From: a candidate division WOR-3 bacterium
GTDB taxonomy: Bacteria > Hydrothermota > Tepidihabitantia > Tepidihabitantales > Tepidihabitantaceae
Length of the DNA: 64,000 bases
Assembly: GCA_965649225.1 (NCBI GenBank)
Contig: CBFGJX010000004.1
Span: forward strand, 1 to 64,000
Direction of reading: 5' to 3'
Each line of letters begins with the position of its first letter. The stretch's first letter is position 1. This document shows, piece by piece, positions 27,906 through 37,100 of this stretch. A program made the translations under genes and the position numbers. The notes below the pieces were generated by a model. It was not told the DNA's origin. It was given only the letters and a program-made list of their open reading frames with translations, and made no database searches.

Positions 27906-29555
27906 TCAGTTGAGTTTGACTGCCAGTACCAGCGGCCGGGTGATGGTTTCGGTTTTGCCGTCGTCGCGCGCCGCCTTGACAGCTATCAGATAGATGCCGG
28001 GGCCGAGCCGGCGGCCGAGCCGGTCGGTGCCGTCCCATTTGAGGTCGTAGTAGCCGCCGGGCGCATTGGACAGCAGGGTATTGGCCAGTCTGCCCTGCAG
28101 GTCATAGATTTCGACCGTCAGCCGGTAACCGATGCGGGGTGAGTTGAGCTGGATGGTGGCAACTTCGCCCAGTTCGGGCGCAAACGGATTGGGAGTGATG
28201 GTGTCAATCTTCAGCTGTTCGGCTGGCTCGAAGACGGCGGACGTGTCGTTCAGGTCGGCGTTGAAGCGGGGGAGAAGCTGATAGCCGCTGGTGTAGGGTT
28301 CGGAGTTGTCGTACTGGCCGACGATGCCGGTGATGCGCAGCCGCATGCCGCGACTGATGGGCAGCGTCACCCGGGCAGCGTCGTTGATGCGCACCGCGAT
28401 TGCCGGAGTGCCGTTTTTGATCGTCATGTTGTAGCCGGAGCCGGAACGGACCGGCGGCTGGATGACATCGCCGACAACCGTAATCAGGTCGCTTTCCATT
28501 GATTCGGACAGGCCGGTGTTGAAAGGGAGTATCCGGGCCGGTGGCACCCAGCGGGAGGTGTCGGCCAGCACCATCACGCCGTTGGCCAGTTCGGTCAGGC
28601 CGTTGTATTCGGTTACCCGGGCAATGACATCCCAGCGGGTGCCCAGCGTGTCGAGCAGGGCAACGTGGGTGGTGTCGTAGCTGCAGCCGTAAACGTTGAT
28701 GCCGGCAGTCGAATCCTGAATGTAGAGACTCTTGGCGCCGACGGTGAAGGTTGCGGCCGGGCCGGTTATCCAGCCTTTGACTCTTACCAGCTGGTCGAGC
28801 AGCCGGGGAGTGACGCCGTCCGGACCCGGGCGCTGCACTTCCTCGATTGGCAGCACCGGCATGTCGCTGGCCGAGCGCGAGAAATCACGGCGATAGCGGG
28901 GCAGTACCTGGTAGCCGGCAAGCGGCTGCAGCGTGTCGGCGGTGTACTGGCTCTTGATGCAGGTGAGGGTGAAGGTGTCGCTGAGGCAGATCAGTCCGGG
29001 AATCTCGGTCTGGGCGTCGATGCGCATCTGGGTGGAGCCGCTGGCGTCGCTGATGGTGTAGTTGGCGTTGCCGGTGAGAATCAAGGCACTGGTGCGGACG
29101 CCGATGATTTTCACCAGTTCGCCCTCGAATGTTTCCTGGTTTGCCTCGGCGCAGGTGATGGTGCGGGGTTCGGGCAGCGGGCGGCCGCTGGCAACTACCG
29201 TGACCGTGGCATTCGAGACCTCGGTCTTGCCGCGGTACCAGTCAACCCGGCCGGCGACGATGACGCTGTCGCCGAGTTCGGCATTCTGCATCGTGAAGCT
29301 GAAGACGTTGACGCCCGCCGAGCTGTCCTGAACGTAGATGTCAAGATAGCGCGTGTCGAAGATGCTGTCCGGTGCAGTGACGATGCCGGTGATGGTGACG
29401 CTCTGACCGCGGCGGTCCGGTCTGCCGTCAGCGTTGGCATCAACAATGACCGCACGGATTGGCTCCGGCTGCGCGAAAGCGACGGCGGCAAGCAGCATCA
29501 GGGCCGGAATCGGTCGGCGGCTGGTGGCGGTGCCGAAGGGGTGGTTGATTGTCAT
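27906..29555 (-). CDS. Secreted protein with repeated OB-fold-like modules and FlgD-Ig-like C-terminal domain
   Basis: Repeats V.ITG..T...Y(V/I)QDS.AG(V/I)NV...(W/E)Y.G.TE and YQ(V/L)LPR; tail PNPF...IYDLQGRL...WDGTD..GR.L.PGIY. Confidence 0.75.
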   Translation of the reverse strand: MTINHPFGTATSRRPIPALMLLAAVAFAQPEPIRAVIVDANADGRPDRRGQSVTITGIVTAPDSIFDTRYLDIYVQDSSAGVNVFSFTMQNAELGDSVIVAGRVDWYRGKTEVSNATVTVVASGRPLPEPRTITCAEANQETFEGELVKIIGVRTSALILTGNANYTISDASGSTQMRIDAQTEIPGLICLSDTFTLTCIKSQYTADTLQPLAGYQVLPRYRRDFSRSASDMPVLPIEEVQRPGPDGVTPRLLDQLVRVKGWITGPAATFTVGAKSLYIQDSTAGINVYGCSYDTTHVALLDTLGTRWDVIARVTEYNGLTELANGVMVLADTSRWVPPARILPFNTGLSESMESDLITVVGDVIQPPVRSGSGYNMTIKNGTPAIAVRINDAARVTLPISRGMRLRITGIVGQYDNSEPYTSGYQLLPRFNADLNDTSAVFEPAEQLKIDTITPNPFAPELGEVATIQLNSPRIGYRLTVEIYDLQGRLANTLLSNAPGGYYDLKWDGTDRLGRRLGPGIYLIAVKAARDDGKTETITRPLVLAVKLN

Positions 29556-30814
29556 TTTGCCAGCTCTCTTTCTACTGCCAGCGCGGCTTCATCCAGCGCC
29601 GCTTTGGCGCTCTTCTCGCCGCGCATAATCTTCTCCAGCGCTTCGCCCAGTATCCGGCGGCCGGCGAACCACGCTTCGCTGCGTGGTTCGAACGACATCC
29701 ACTCCAGCTGGGCCAGTTCATCGGCCAGACCGGGAATCGATTCAATCATTGCCGCATAGGCCGGCACTACCAGTGAACTGCGCCGGGCCGGCACGTAGGC
29801 GGTGCGGATTGCCCATTCGGCCTGGGCTTCGGTGCCGGTGAACCACTTGATAAACTTCCAGCAGGCCGCGGCCTGAGCCGGTGTGCCGGTGCGGAAGACG
29901 CCGATGTTGGTGCCGAACGACAGGACATTGGGCCGGTCCCAGGTCGGAATGGCGGCGATGCCGACCGGAAAAGTCATGTTTGGCCGCATGAAAGACCACG
30001 ATACCGAAGTGCCCCAGATAACCGCGATTTTGCCCGAAAGAAAATCGTTCTGCGGGTCGTAGCCGGCGGTGAACTGGGCGCTGGAATCGCGGGCGACGAT
30101 GTCACGCATGAATTCGGCGGCGCGGATGCCGGCGGGTGAGTTGAAAAGCGCCTTGTGGGCCGATTCGTCGATGAAGTCACCGCCCTGCTGACGCAGCATG
30201 CAGCCGAACATCCATTCGTTGACGCCGCCGGCGGTACCCCAGATGCCGGCACTGCGGTTGGTGAGTTTTTTCACCATCGTCCGGAACTCGGGCCAGGTGC
30301 GGGGGAAACTGTCGTAGCCGGCGGCCTTGAGCATTTCGATGTTGTAAAAGAACACCGGCAGCGACTTGTTGAAGGGCAGGGTCACCAGCACGTCGTCCCA
30401 GGTGTTGTCGGCGATGAAGGCCGGATAGAAGTCGGCGAGGTCAGCGCCGGTGAGCCCGTCGGGACCGCGGACAAAACTGTCGAGCGGCAGCAGCTTGCCT
30501 AGGGCATGGAACTGAGTCGTCCAGGATTCGTACATCTGGGCCATGTTCGGTGGGGCCTCAACCTGCACCGCCCCCATCAGTTTCTGTGACAGGGTGGAGT
30601 AGCCGCCCATCGAAACCGGCACGATGTCGATATCGGGGTTGGCCCGTTCAAACTCGGCAATCATCGAGTCCAGTGCCACCCCGAGCGGGCCGCCCATTGC
30701 GTGCCAGAAGGTTACCGACACCTTGCCTTTCTGCCCCGAAGATTTTGCCGGGCCGCAGCCGCAAAACAGCGCCAGAACAACGAAAAAGAGGACGATGGTT
30801 TTCAGTGGATTCAT
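29552..30814 (-). CDS. ABC transporter substrate-binding lipoprotein (family 1, UgpB-like)
   Basis: Lipobox-like LFCGC, VTFWHAMGG, LPFNKS..FYN, PRTW, AACWKFIKWF. Confidence 0.88.
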   Translation of the reverse strand: MNPLKTIVLFFVVLALFCGCGPAKSSGQKGKVSVTFWHAMGGPLGVALDSMIAEFERANPDIDIVPVSMGGYSTLSQKLMGAVQVEAPPNMAQMYESWTTQFHALGKLLPLDSFVRGPDGLTGADLADFYPAFIADNTWDDVLVTLPFNKSLPVFFYNIEMLKAAGYDSFPRTWPEFRTMVKKLTNRSAGIWGTAGGVNEWMFGCMLRQQGGDFIDESAHKALFNSPAGIRAAEFMRDIVARDSSAQFTAGYDPQNDFLSGKIAVIWGTSVSWSFMRPNMTFPVGIAAIPTWDRPNVLSFGTNIGVFRTGTPAQAAACWKFIKWFTGTEAQAEWAIRTAYVPARRSSLVVPAYAAMIESIPGLADELAQLEWMSFEPRSEAWFAGRRILGEALEKIMRGEKSAKAALDEAALAVERELAK

Positions 30815-30873
30815 CGGGTCATTCTAGATGCCGACCCCAATCTGTCAAACCGCACCGGCCGCAGGGATGAAAA

Positions 30874-31746
30874 TCAGCCGGCGGCGGGAGGCTTTGGTTC
30901 GGCGACGGTGTCGGGTTGAAAAATCAGCCCGGCGCGGAGGGCATGAATGACGTCGCGGGCCCGGCCGAGCCGGGTGACGTCTTCCTCAACCGGAGGCACC
31001 GACCCGGCGCAATCGTCGCAGGGCGCCCATTCGATCAGGTACCTGCCTTCGACTGCCCAGCCTTCGACTATCGGCTGGTCGGAACAGTCCAGCACGCGCA
31101 GCCAGGCCAGGCCGGGAATCTGCACCCGGGCTACGGTCAGTCTTTCCTCACAGTTCGGGCAGAACGCCGGGCGGCGCAGGCCAACTTCGGTGCTGGCCCG
31201 TTCCGCGATTTCATCCAGCGTCAGGTCGGGACCGTAGAGCCAGACCAGTTCCCGGGTGCCGTCGCTGCCGCGGCCGACTGCGGCCAGCAGCCAGAATTTG
31301 TCCAGCCGGGGACTGGTTTCATGCAGTTCCAGCCGGCGGCGTTCACGTTCCAGCGGTAGTTCGGCCAGGGCGGCGGCACGGAGTTCGTCGTCGGCGTGGC
31401 GGCGTTCCTGCCAGGCGGCCAGTTCGGCTTCGCCCCTGGCCTCTTCAACTTCAATGTTCTCGCTGCGCCGTTTGTGGAACAGCCAGTCAAAGAAAACCCG
31501 GATGCGGGCCAGTGCCGAGCGGTCGAAGTACAACACCGCCGGCCAGGCGAAGATATAGAGCAGGAAGCGCAGCGCGCTGACAAAGACGTCCAGCACCAGT
31601 GTGCTGCGATTGTGGAATTCGCGGTCGACAAAAATCAGACTGAGATGGTAGAGCAGTGCGATTGCAAAGCCGATATTCAGCCAGAGCAGCAGTATCGGCA
31701 CACCGTAGCGGATGAGCTCAACTGCTGCGTCGGGATTGTCGGCCAT
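30874..31746 (-). CDS. Hypothetical membrane protein with CxxC pairs
   Basis: Two N-terminal TM helices, charged helical region, CPNC and CDDC; promoter TTGACG-16-TATGCT upstream. Confidence 0.65.
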   Translation of the reverse strand: MADNPDAAVELIRYGVPILLLWLNIGFAIALLYHLSLIFVDREFHNRSTLVLDVFVSALRFLLYIFAWPAVLYFDRSALARIRVFFDWLFHKRRSENIEVEEARGEAELAAWQERRHADDELRAAALAELPLERERRRLELHETSPRLDKFWLLAAVGRGSDGTRELVWLYGPDLTLDEIAERASTEVGLRRPAFCPNCEERLTVARVQIPGLAWLRVLDCSDQPIVEGWAVEGRYLIEWAPCDDCAGSVPPVEEDVTRLGRARDVIHALRAGLIFQPDTVAEPKPPAAG

Positions 31747-31834
31747 GGTGCAGAACCAGCATAGGCCGGCCCGGATGCTCGTCAAACCGATTGTTGACCG
31801 GTCGGGCAGCAGCCGTTAGGCTTTGGCCGCAATC

Positions 31835-31954
31835 ATGCGCGGGAAGTGGTTGACGAGGGCGAATCTGCTTGGTTGTCTGGGCCTTCTGGCCCTGCTGGGG
31901 CTGCTGGCACTGGCAGTGTTCATGTTCGTCATTCTCAAGATTACCTACGGGTAG
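31835..31954 (+). CDS. 39-aa single-TM small protein
   Basis: MRGKWLTRANLLGCLGLLALLGLLALAVFMFVILKITYG; promoter TTGACC(31794)-17-TAGGCT(31817). Confidence 0.55.
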   Translation: MRGKWLTRANLLGCLGLLALLGLLALAVFMFVILKITYG

Positions 31955-32013
31955 CCGGTGTCAGCCGGCGGCCGGCATTGACAGCGGGGCGGATATGGTT
32001 AGATCGATCCAGC

Positions 32014-33000
32014 ATGCCCCGGCGCAGAACCTCGCAGCCGCAGTCTAGTAGTACGGCGTTCAATCCCCTCGAGATTGACATGGCTCCTCCGGTTGTCGAG
32101 CGCTTTCACGTCAGTGATGGCAAAGGGCTCTCTGCGGCTGCTGAGAGGGAACAACTACCTTTTGAGCTTGTCTATGCCGACCAAGCCAAAGGGATATGGT
32201 TATATCACGCAGACTGCCTGACATTCATGGACCGGGTAGCTGCTCGGTATCCAGATGGCTGCTTTGACATGATTTTCGCTGACCCACCATACTTTTTGAG
32301 CAACGGTGGCATTTCCTGTCACGCCGGGCGAATGGTCTGCGTCGACAAAGGAGCTTGGGACAAGAGTCGAGGTGTTCAGGAAAATCACGAGTTCAATCTG
32401 GCGTGGCTTGAGCGTTGTCAACGGGTTCTGAAGCCGAATGGTACGATCTGGGTATCGGGCACGGCGCATGTAATACATTCGGTGGGTTATGCCATGCAGC
32501 AGCTCGGGTTCAAACTGCTCAATGACATCACTTGGGTCAAGCCCAATCCCCCGCCCAATCTTTCTTGTCGCTACTTCACGCACACAACTGAAACCATCAT
32601 CTGGGCTGCCAAGAGCAACAAGAGCAGGCACTACTTCAACTACCGAAGAATGCGCCAGCTGGCTGGAGGCAAACAAATGAAGTCGCTGTGGTTCGGTCTC
32701 GAAGATGCGCCTCCTGCACCGGACGTATGGGAAATTCTACCTCCTACGCGCGATGAGAAGGTATTCGGCAAGCACCCGACACAGAAACCAGTCGCCTTGC
32801 TGCGACGGATCGTCGAAGCAAGCACACAAGAAAACGCATTGGTACTGGATCCTTTCGCTGGTAGCTGCACAACAGGCATTGCTTGTCTGGAACTGAAGCG
32901 CCGGTTCATCGGCATTGAACTCAACCCCGAATTCGTTCGTTTGTCGATAGAGAGAATCAAGTCCGCAGGCAATCGGGCAGGGTTCTTCGCGACAGGGTAG
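32014..33000 (+). CDS. Beta-class N6-adenine DNA methyltransferase, DpnA (M2.DpnII)-like
   Basis: DMIFADPPYFLSNGGISC, KPNPPPNLSCRYFTHTTE, KHPTQKP, LDPFAGS; motif order IV before I; start ATG 32014 (32080 possible). Confidence 0.9.
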   Translation: MPRRRTSQPQSSSTAFNPLEIDMAPPVVERFHVSDGKGLSAAAEREQLPFELVYADQAKGIWLYHADCLTFMDRVAARYPDGCFDMIFADPPYFLSNGGISCHAGRMVCVDKGAWDKSRGVQENHEFNLAWLERCQRVLKPNGTIWVSGTAHVIHSVGYAMQQLGFKLLNDITWVKPNPPPNLSCRYFTHTTETIIWAAKSNKSRHYFNYRRMRQLAGGKQMKSLWFGLEDAPPAPDVWEILPPTRDEKVFGKHPTQKPVALLRRIVEASTQENALVLDPFAGSCTTGIACLELKRRFIGIELNPEFVRLSIERIKSAGNRAGFFATG

Positions 33001-33003
33001 ATT

Positions 33004-33624
33004 ATGGAACGTGATCAGGCGCTACTTAAGTTAAGAGAACTTATCGGCCAAGATCTGCGAAAACTCGCTGACAAGTATGGCGTCACCGTGTGGCGCGGTG
33101 ACAGGCTGAACAAAGGATGGGCCGGCCATGTCTGCGAACGTCATCTTGGGCTTCCGTTGAATTCGTCTCAGGCGCCGAATTTCGGGTCTTGGGAGCTGAA
33201 GGTTGTGCCGCTCAAACGGCTCAGAAACGGCAAAGTGGTGCTCAAGGAGACCATGGCGATCACGATGATCGACCCGGTCCACGTCCTTCAGACTGAGTTC
33301 AAGGACAGCCACCTGATGACCAAATTGCGCCGGATGATCGTGTGTGCCCGCATGTTTGAGACACGGACAGAAGAATCGTCTCTGATGGTGAAGGTCGGTA
33401 CATTCGACCTTACCGACCGTGATCTGCTAAGCCAAATCGAAGCTGACTACGAGACGGTTCGTGACACTCTCAGACGGCTAGGGACTACTCAGGGATTTGA
33501 AGCCCTGACCGGTCGAATGGGCGTCTGGGTTCAACCGCGAACCAAGGGACCGGGTCATACCGCGGAGAGGTCGCGAGCCTTCTATGCGAGGAAGAATCTC
33601 GTGGCTCGGATCTTGGGGATGTAG
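33004..33624 (+). CDS. MutH/Sau3AI/MvaI-like endonuclease (single domain)
   Basis: NKGWAGHVCERHLG, PNFGSWELKVVP..KET, C-terminal QPRTKG...RAFY, matching the MutH layout KGWxG..E..LG / DF..ELK / RGFY. Confidence 0.78.
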   Translation: MERDQALLKLRELIGQDLRKLADKYGVTVWRGDRLNKGWAGHVCERHLGLPLNSSQAPNFGSWELKVVPLKRLRNGKVVLKETMAITMIDPVHVLQTEFKDSHLMTKLRRMIVCARMFETRTEESSLMVKVGTFDLTDRDLLSQIEADYETVRDTLRRLGTTQGFEALTGRMGVWVQPRTKGPGHTAERSRAFYARKNLVARILGM

Positions 33625-33675
33625 CCCGTAGTCCTGCCCCGTGCCGTTGACCTCGTTTTCCGCTGACTGATAGGG

Positions 33676-34044
33676 ATGAAAGACTCTACCGGCAGCGCTG
33701 CGGTTGATGCCTACATCGCCCGGGTCAAGCCCGAGTACCGGGCCGTGATGGAGCGGCTGCGCGGCCAGACTCGCGCCGCCGCGCCCGATGCCGAAGAGGG
33801 CCTTGCCTGGGGAATGCCGTCAGTCCGCCAGCGGGTGTGGCTGGTCTGCTACGCGGCATTCAAGGACCACTGCAGTTTCTTCCCGATGAGCGTGGCCGTG
33901 ATGCGCAGTCACGCGGCGAAGCTCAAGGACTACCGCACGACCAAGGGCACCATCCACTTCACGCCCGACAAACCCCTGCCCGCCTCGCTGGTCAGAAGCA
34001 TCGTCAAGGCGCGCATCGCGGAATCCGCCGGCGGCCGGGCCTGA
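33676..34044 (+). CDS. DUF1801 (YdhG-like) protein
   Basis: VDAYIA, EEGLAWGMP, YAAFKDHCSFFP, KGTIHF...LP..LV..IVKAR. Confidence 0.85.
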   Translation: MKDSTGSAAVDAYIARVKPEYRAVMERLRGQTRAAAPDAEEGLAWGMPSVRQRVWLVCYAAFKDHCSFFPMSVAVMRSHAAKLKDYRTTKGTIHFTPDKPLPASLVRSIVKARIAESAGGRA

Positions 34045-34061
34045 AATCTTCGAAGCAGGAA

Positions 34062-34089
34062 AGCGGCGGGGAGAGGTCTCCCCGCCGCT
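34062..34089. terminator. Hairpin between convergent genes (probable terminator)
   Basis: Perfect stem AGCGGCGGGGA(GA).../...(TC)TCCCCGCCGCT. Confidence 0.7.
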
Positions 34090-34108
34090 GATTGCGAAAC
34101 AGCGCTGC

Positions 34109-37100
34109 CTAATCGAGCAGGACAGTCTTGAGCGAGGCGCGTTCTTCTCCGGCCTGAAGCCGCAGGAAGTAAACACCCCGCGCCAGAGTGCGGCCCGAGT
34201 CGTCGCAGCCGTCCCAGTTCAGGCGGTGCTGGCCGGCGTCGGCCGGGCCGTTGAGCAGGATGCGCACCACCCGGCCGGCGCGGTCGTAAACCGCGAGCCG
34301 GACCGGTCCGGGTTGCCGGACAGTGAATCGGATTGTTGCAGTGCGACGGACAGGGTTGGGCGCCAGTGCGAGCCGCAATGACACCGCCGCAGTGCCGGTG
34401 GCCGGTTCGGTGACCGCGGTCGTCGGGGCGTCGGTGGTGTAGCTGATTGCCCGGCCGGGGATGACTGCTGCCGCGCCGCGGTGGTAGCTGCCGTTGTAAA
34501 GGGTCTGGATGCAGATCGTGCGCGTCGGGTCCTGTTCGCCGAGGGTACTGGAATTCATCGCTCCGGCGGTGCGGTACTGGATTGTGAACCGGCAGTTGCC
34601 GTCCCGGGCGGCCAGGGTGGTGTCGTAGAGGATAAGCTGGTTGGATTCAAAGACCGACCGGTTGGAGTAGTAGGGTACCGAGTCCCATTCAATGATGAAG
34701 CGGTGGCCGGAGGTGTCGTGCCAGTACCAGACGCCGCCGCCGGTGGGCGGATAGAGGTCGTCCCAGTTGACCAGTATCGCCGGTGGCAGAGTGGTTGTCG
34801 GCAGCGCGGTGTTGGAGTAGGCGGAGACAGTCGTCGTACCGAGCCCGACCCAGCCGTTGCTGCAGATGGCAATCTGCGAGTAGTTCTGATCGTAGAAGCG
34901 GAAGGGCCCGAATGCCGGCGGCAGGTTGACGACGACCGTCTGGTCGTCGGAGAGCGTGAGCCGGGTGCCGCGGTTGCGGATTTCAACCCAGTCGTAGCGC
35001 GGCGCCTGACGGTAGCTGGAGTCGGCATCGTCGTATGCCCAGTAGAGCGAGGGCGTGCGCGGGCCGTCACCGATCGGGTCGATGGCGCGGACTTCACCGA
35101 TGACGATGGTGAAGACGACTGTGGTCCGGTAACCGCCGGCACCGCTGAGCCGGAGGGTGCAGGGCAGGGCGGTTTCACGCGGTATCGCCGGGTCGGCGAT
35201 GAGGACAAATGGGTCGGTGTTGCTGCCGGTGGTGTCGCGCGGCAGCGTGCCCCAGGCTGCGGTCGAGTCGGCAGCAATCAGCCGCGGGTCGCCCGGGCGC
35301 AGTGTGGCGGTGATGTCATAGCCGTGACCAAGTCCGGTGTTGCGCAGGGTGATGTAGAGCTGGCCGGTTTCACCCGGGTCGAGTTTGCCGTCGCCGTTGC
35401 CACCGGGCGGACAGTCGTTGACGCGCAGACCGGCAAAGCCGAGCCGGGCAGTGCCAACCCAGAGGTTGATGTCGGATGTCCAGGCCGAGTCGAGCGCGTC
35501 ACGGCAGACAAGCCGCAGCCGTACCGGATAGCCGTTGGTGCAGGCTGGAGCGACGGTGAAGCCGAAGCCGTTCGCGCCGGTGAAGGCCGAGTCGCCGGCA
35601 GGGACGGTGCCGAGCGGCCGGATTGAGTCGGTAATGACAATATTGGGGTCGCTGGAGCGCAGTCGTGCCTGCACCGAGCCGGCGGGCTGACTGCCCCAGT
35701 TTTTGACCCAGGTGGGCAGGTTGATTGTTTCGCCGGGGTTGATGATGCCGTCGTTGTTGCCGCCGGCCGAGTCACGGACGGTGCAGCGCAGGAAGGTGAC
35801 ATAGGCCGAGTTGGGGGCGATGGTAAGCGCTGTGCCGAGATAGGGGTGGAGGTTGCGGCCGGTAACCGTGATGAGGATGGAGTCGCCGGGCAGGGTGGTG
35901 TTGAGGGTGAAATGTACCGTGCCCGAAGCGTCGGTGTGGCCGACGTGATAGATGCTGGAGTCGCGGCGCGACATCACGCATACCAGTGCACCGGCGACCG
36001 GCGCGTAGTCGGCGTTGACGGTGACGGTGAAGGGAAAGCTGCCGAGCAGGACGGTTGGGGGGTGAGTAACGGCGAGCTGACGCGGCACCGCTGACCAGAC
36101 ATTGAGTTCGGGTTCGCCGAAGTTGTTGAACATGTAGATTTCTTCCTCGGAAATCTGATCGGGCAGGGGGTAGGCCATCAGCATGAAGAGCTTTCCGTAC
36201 TGGGTGCACTGGGCAAAGGTGTAGTGGAGGCTGTCGGCATAGGACATCATCGCGCCGGTGGCCAGCGAGTCGTTGTAGCCGGAGTAACTGACTTCGGACG
36301 AACCGAAGTAGCCAACGCCGCCTTTCTGTTCACCGGCCTTGACCCAGGTTTCAGCATGGCAGTCCTGGCTGGGGTTGTCGAAGTCGCCCGAAAGACAGGT
36401 CGGGGCGATGACGCAGGGTGTCATCCGGCCGTTGTTGAGCGAAAGGACGTTGGTGTTGGTCCAGCTCGGTGTGACATTGGCCCAGGCACCGACATCGCCG
36501 TGGCCGCGGTACAGCATCCAGGACCGGCCCTGGTTGAGCGATTCGGCGAGGTTGGTGGCAGTATTCAGTCCCCAGCGTTCGAACAGGGTGTCGAACTGGA
36601 CGAAGGTCCGGCCGATGGTGTAGTTGCGCACCCGGATGACCATTGACCAGAAGCGCGGCGTGCCTTCATAGCCGGCCAGCGAGACAACTTTGCCGTACCA
36701 GTCGGTGTTGCCCAGCCACGGGGACATCTCGTACTTGTAGAGTTTGTTCAGGGTGGCACTGGCTTCAGCCTGAGTGCGAACGCAGATCCGGGCAATCATC
36801 AGGTCGGCGAGGATGTCGTTGCCTGATTTCAGCGAGTACTGCAGGTCGGAGGCGTCGGTGTGGCCGGGCCAGTGGCAGCAGGCGAGATGGCTGGGCGCAT
36901 CGCCGACCAGCAGAACATAGTCGGGCGGAAACGGCCAGTTGTTGTAGGCGTTGGTGATGAAGGCGTCGATGCGGGCCGAGTCGTTGCCGCCGAGCTGGCT
37001 GGTGGTGACAACGGTCGTGCGCCAGCCTTTGCGCCGTTTCCACTCGGCAAAAGGCGTAACTGCGGCGGCGAAGTCGTCGTGGGTGATGATGAGATAGGAA

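Noticed and set aside
31846..32013. N-terminal extension of the methyltransferase in the ORF track
   Set aside because: Spans a separate small ORF and the TTGACA promoter; no methyltransferase similarity
31951..33652. Direct repeats flanking the methylase cassette
   Set aside because: Similarity limited to GTAGCC and a downstream TTGAC; too weak for att sites or target duplication
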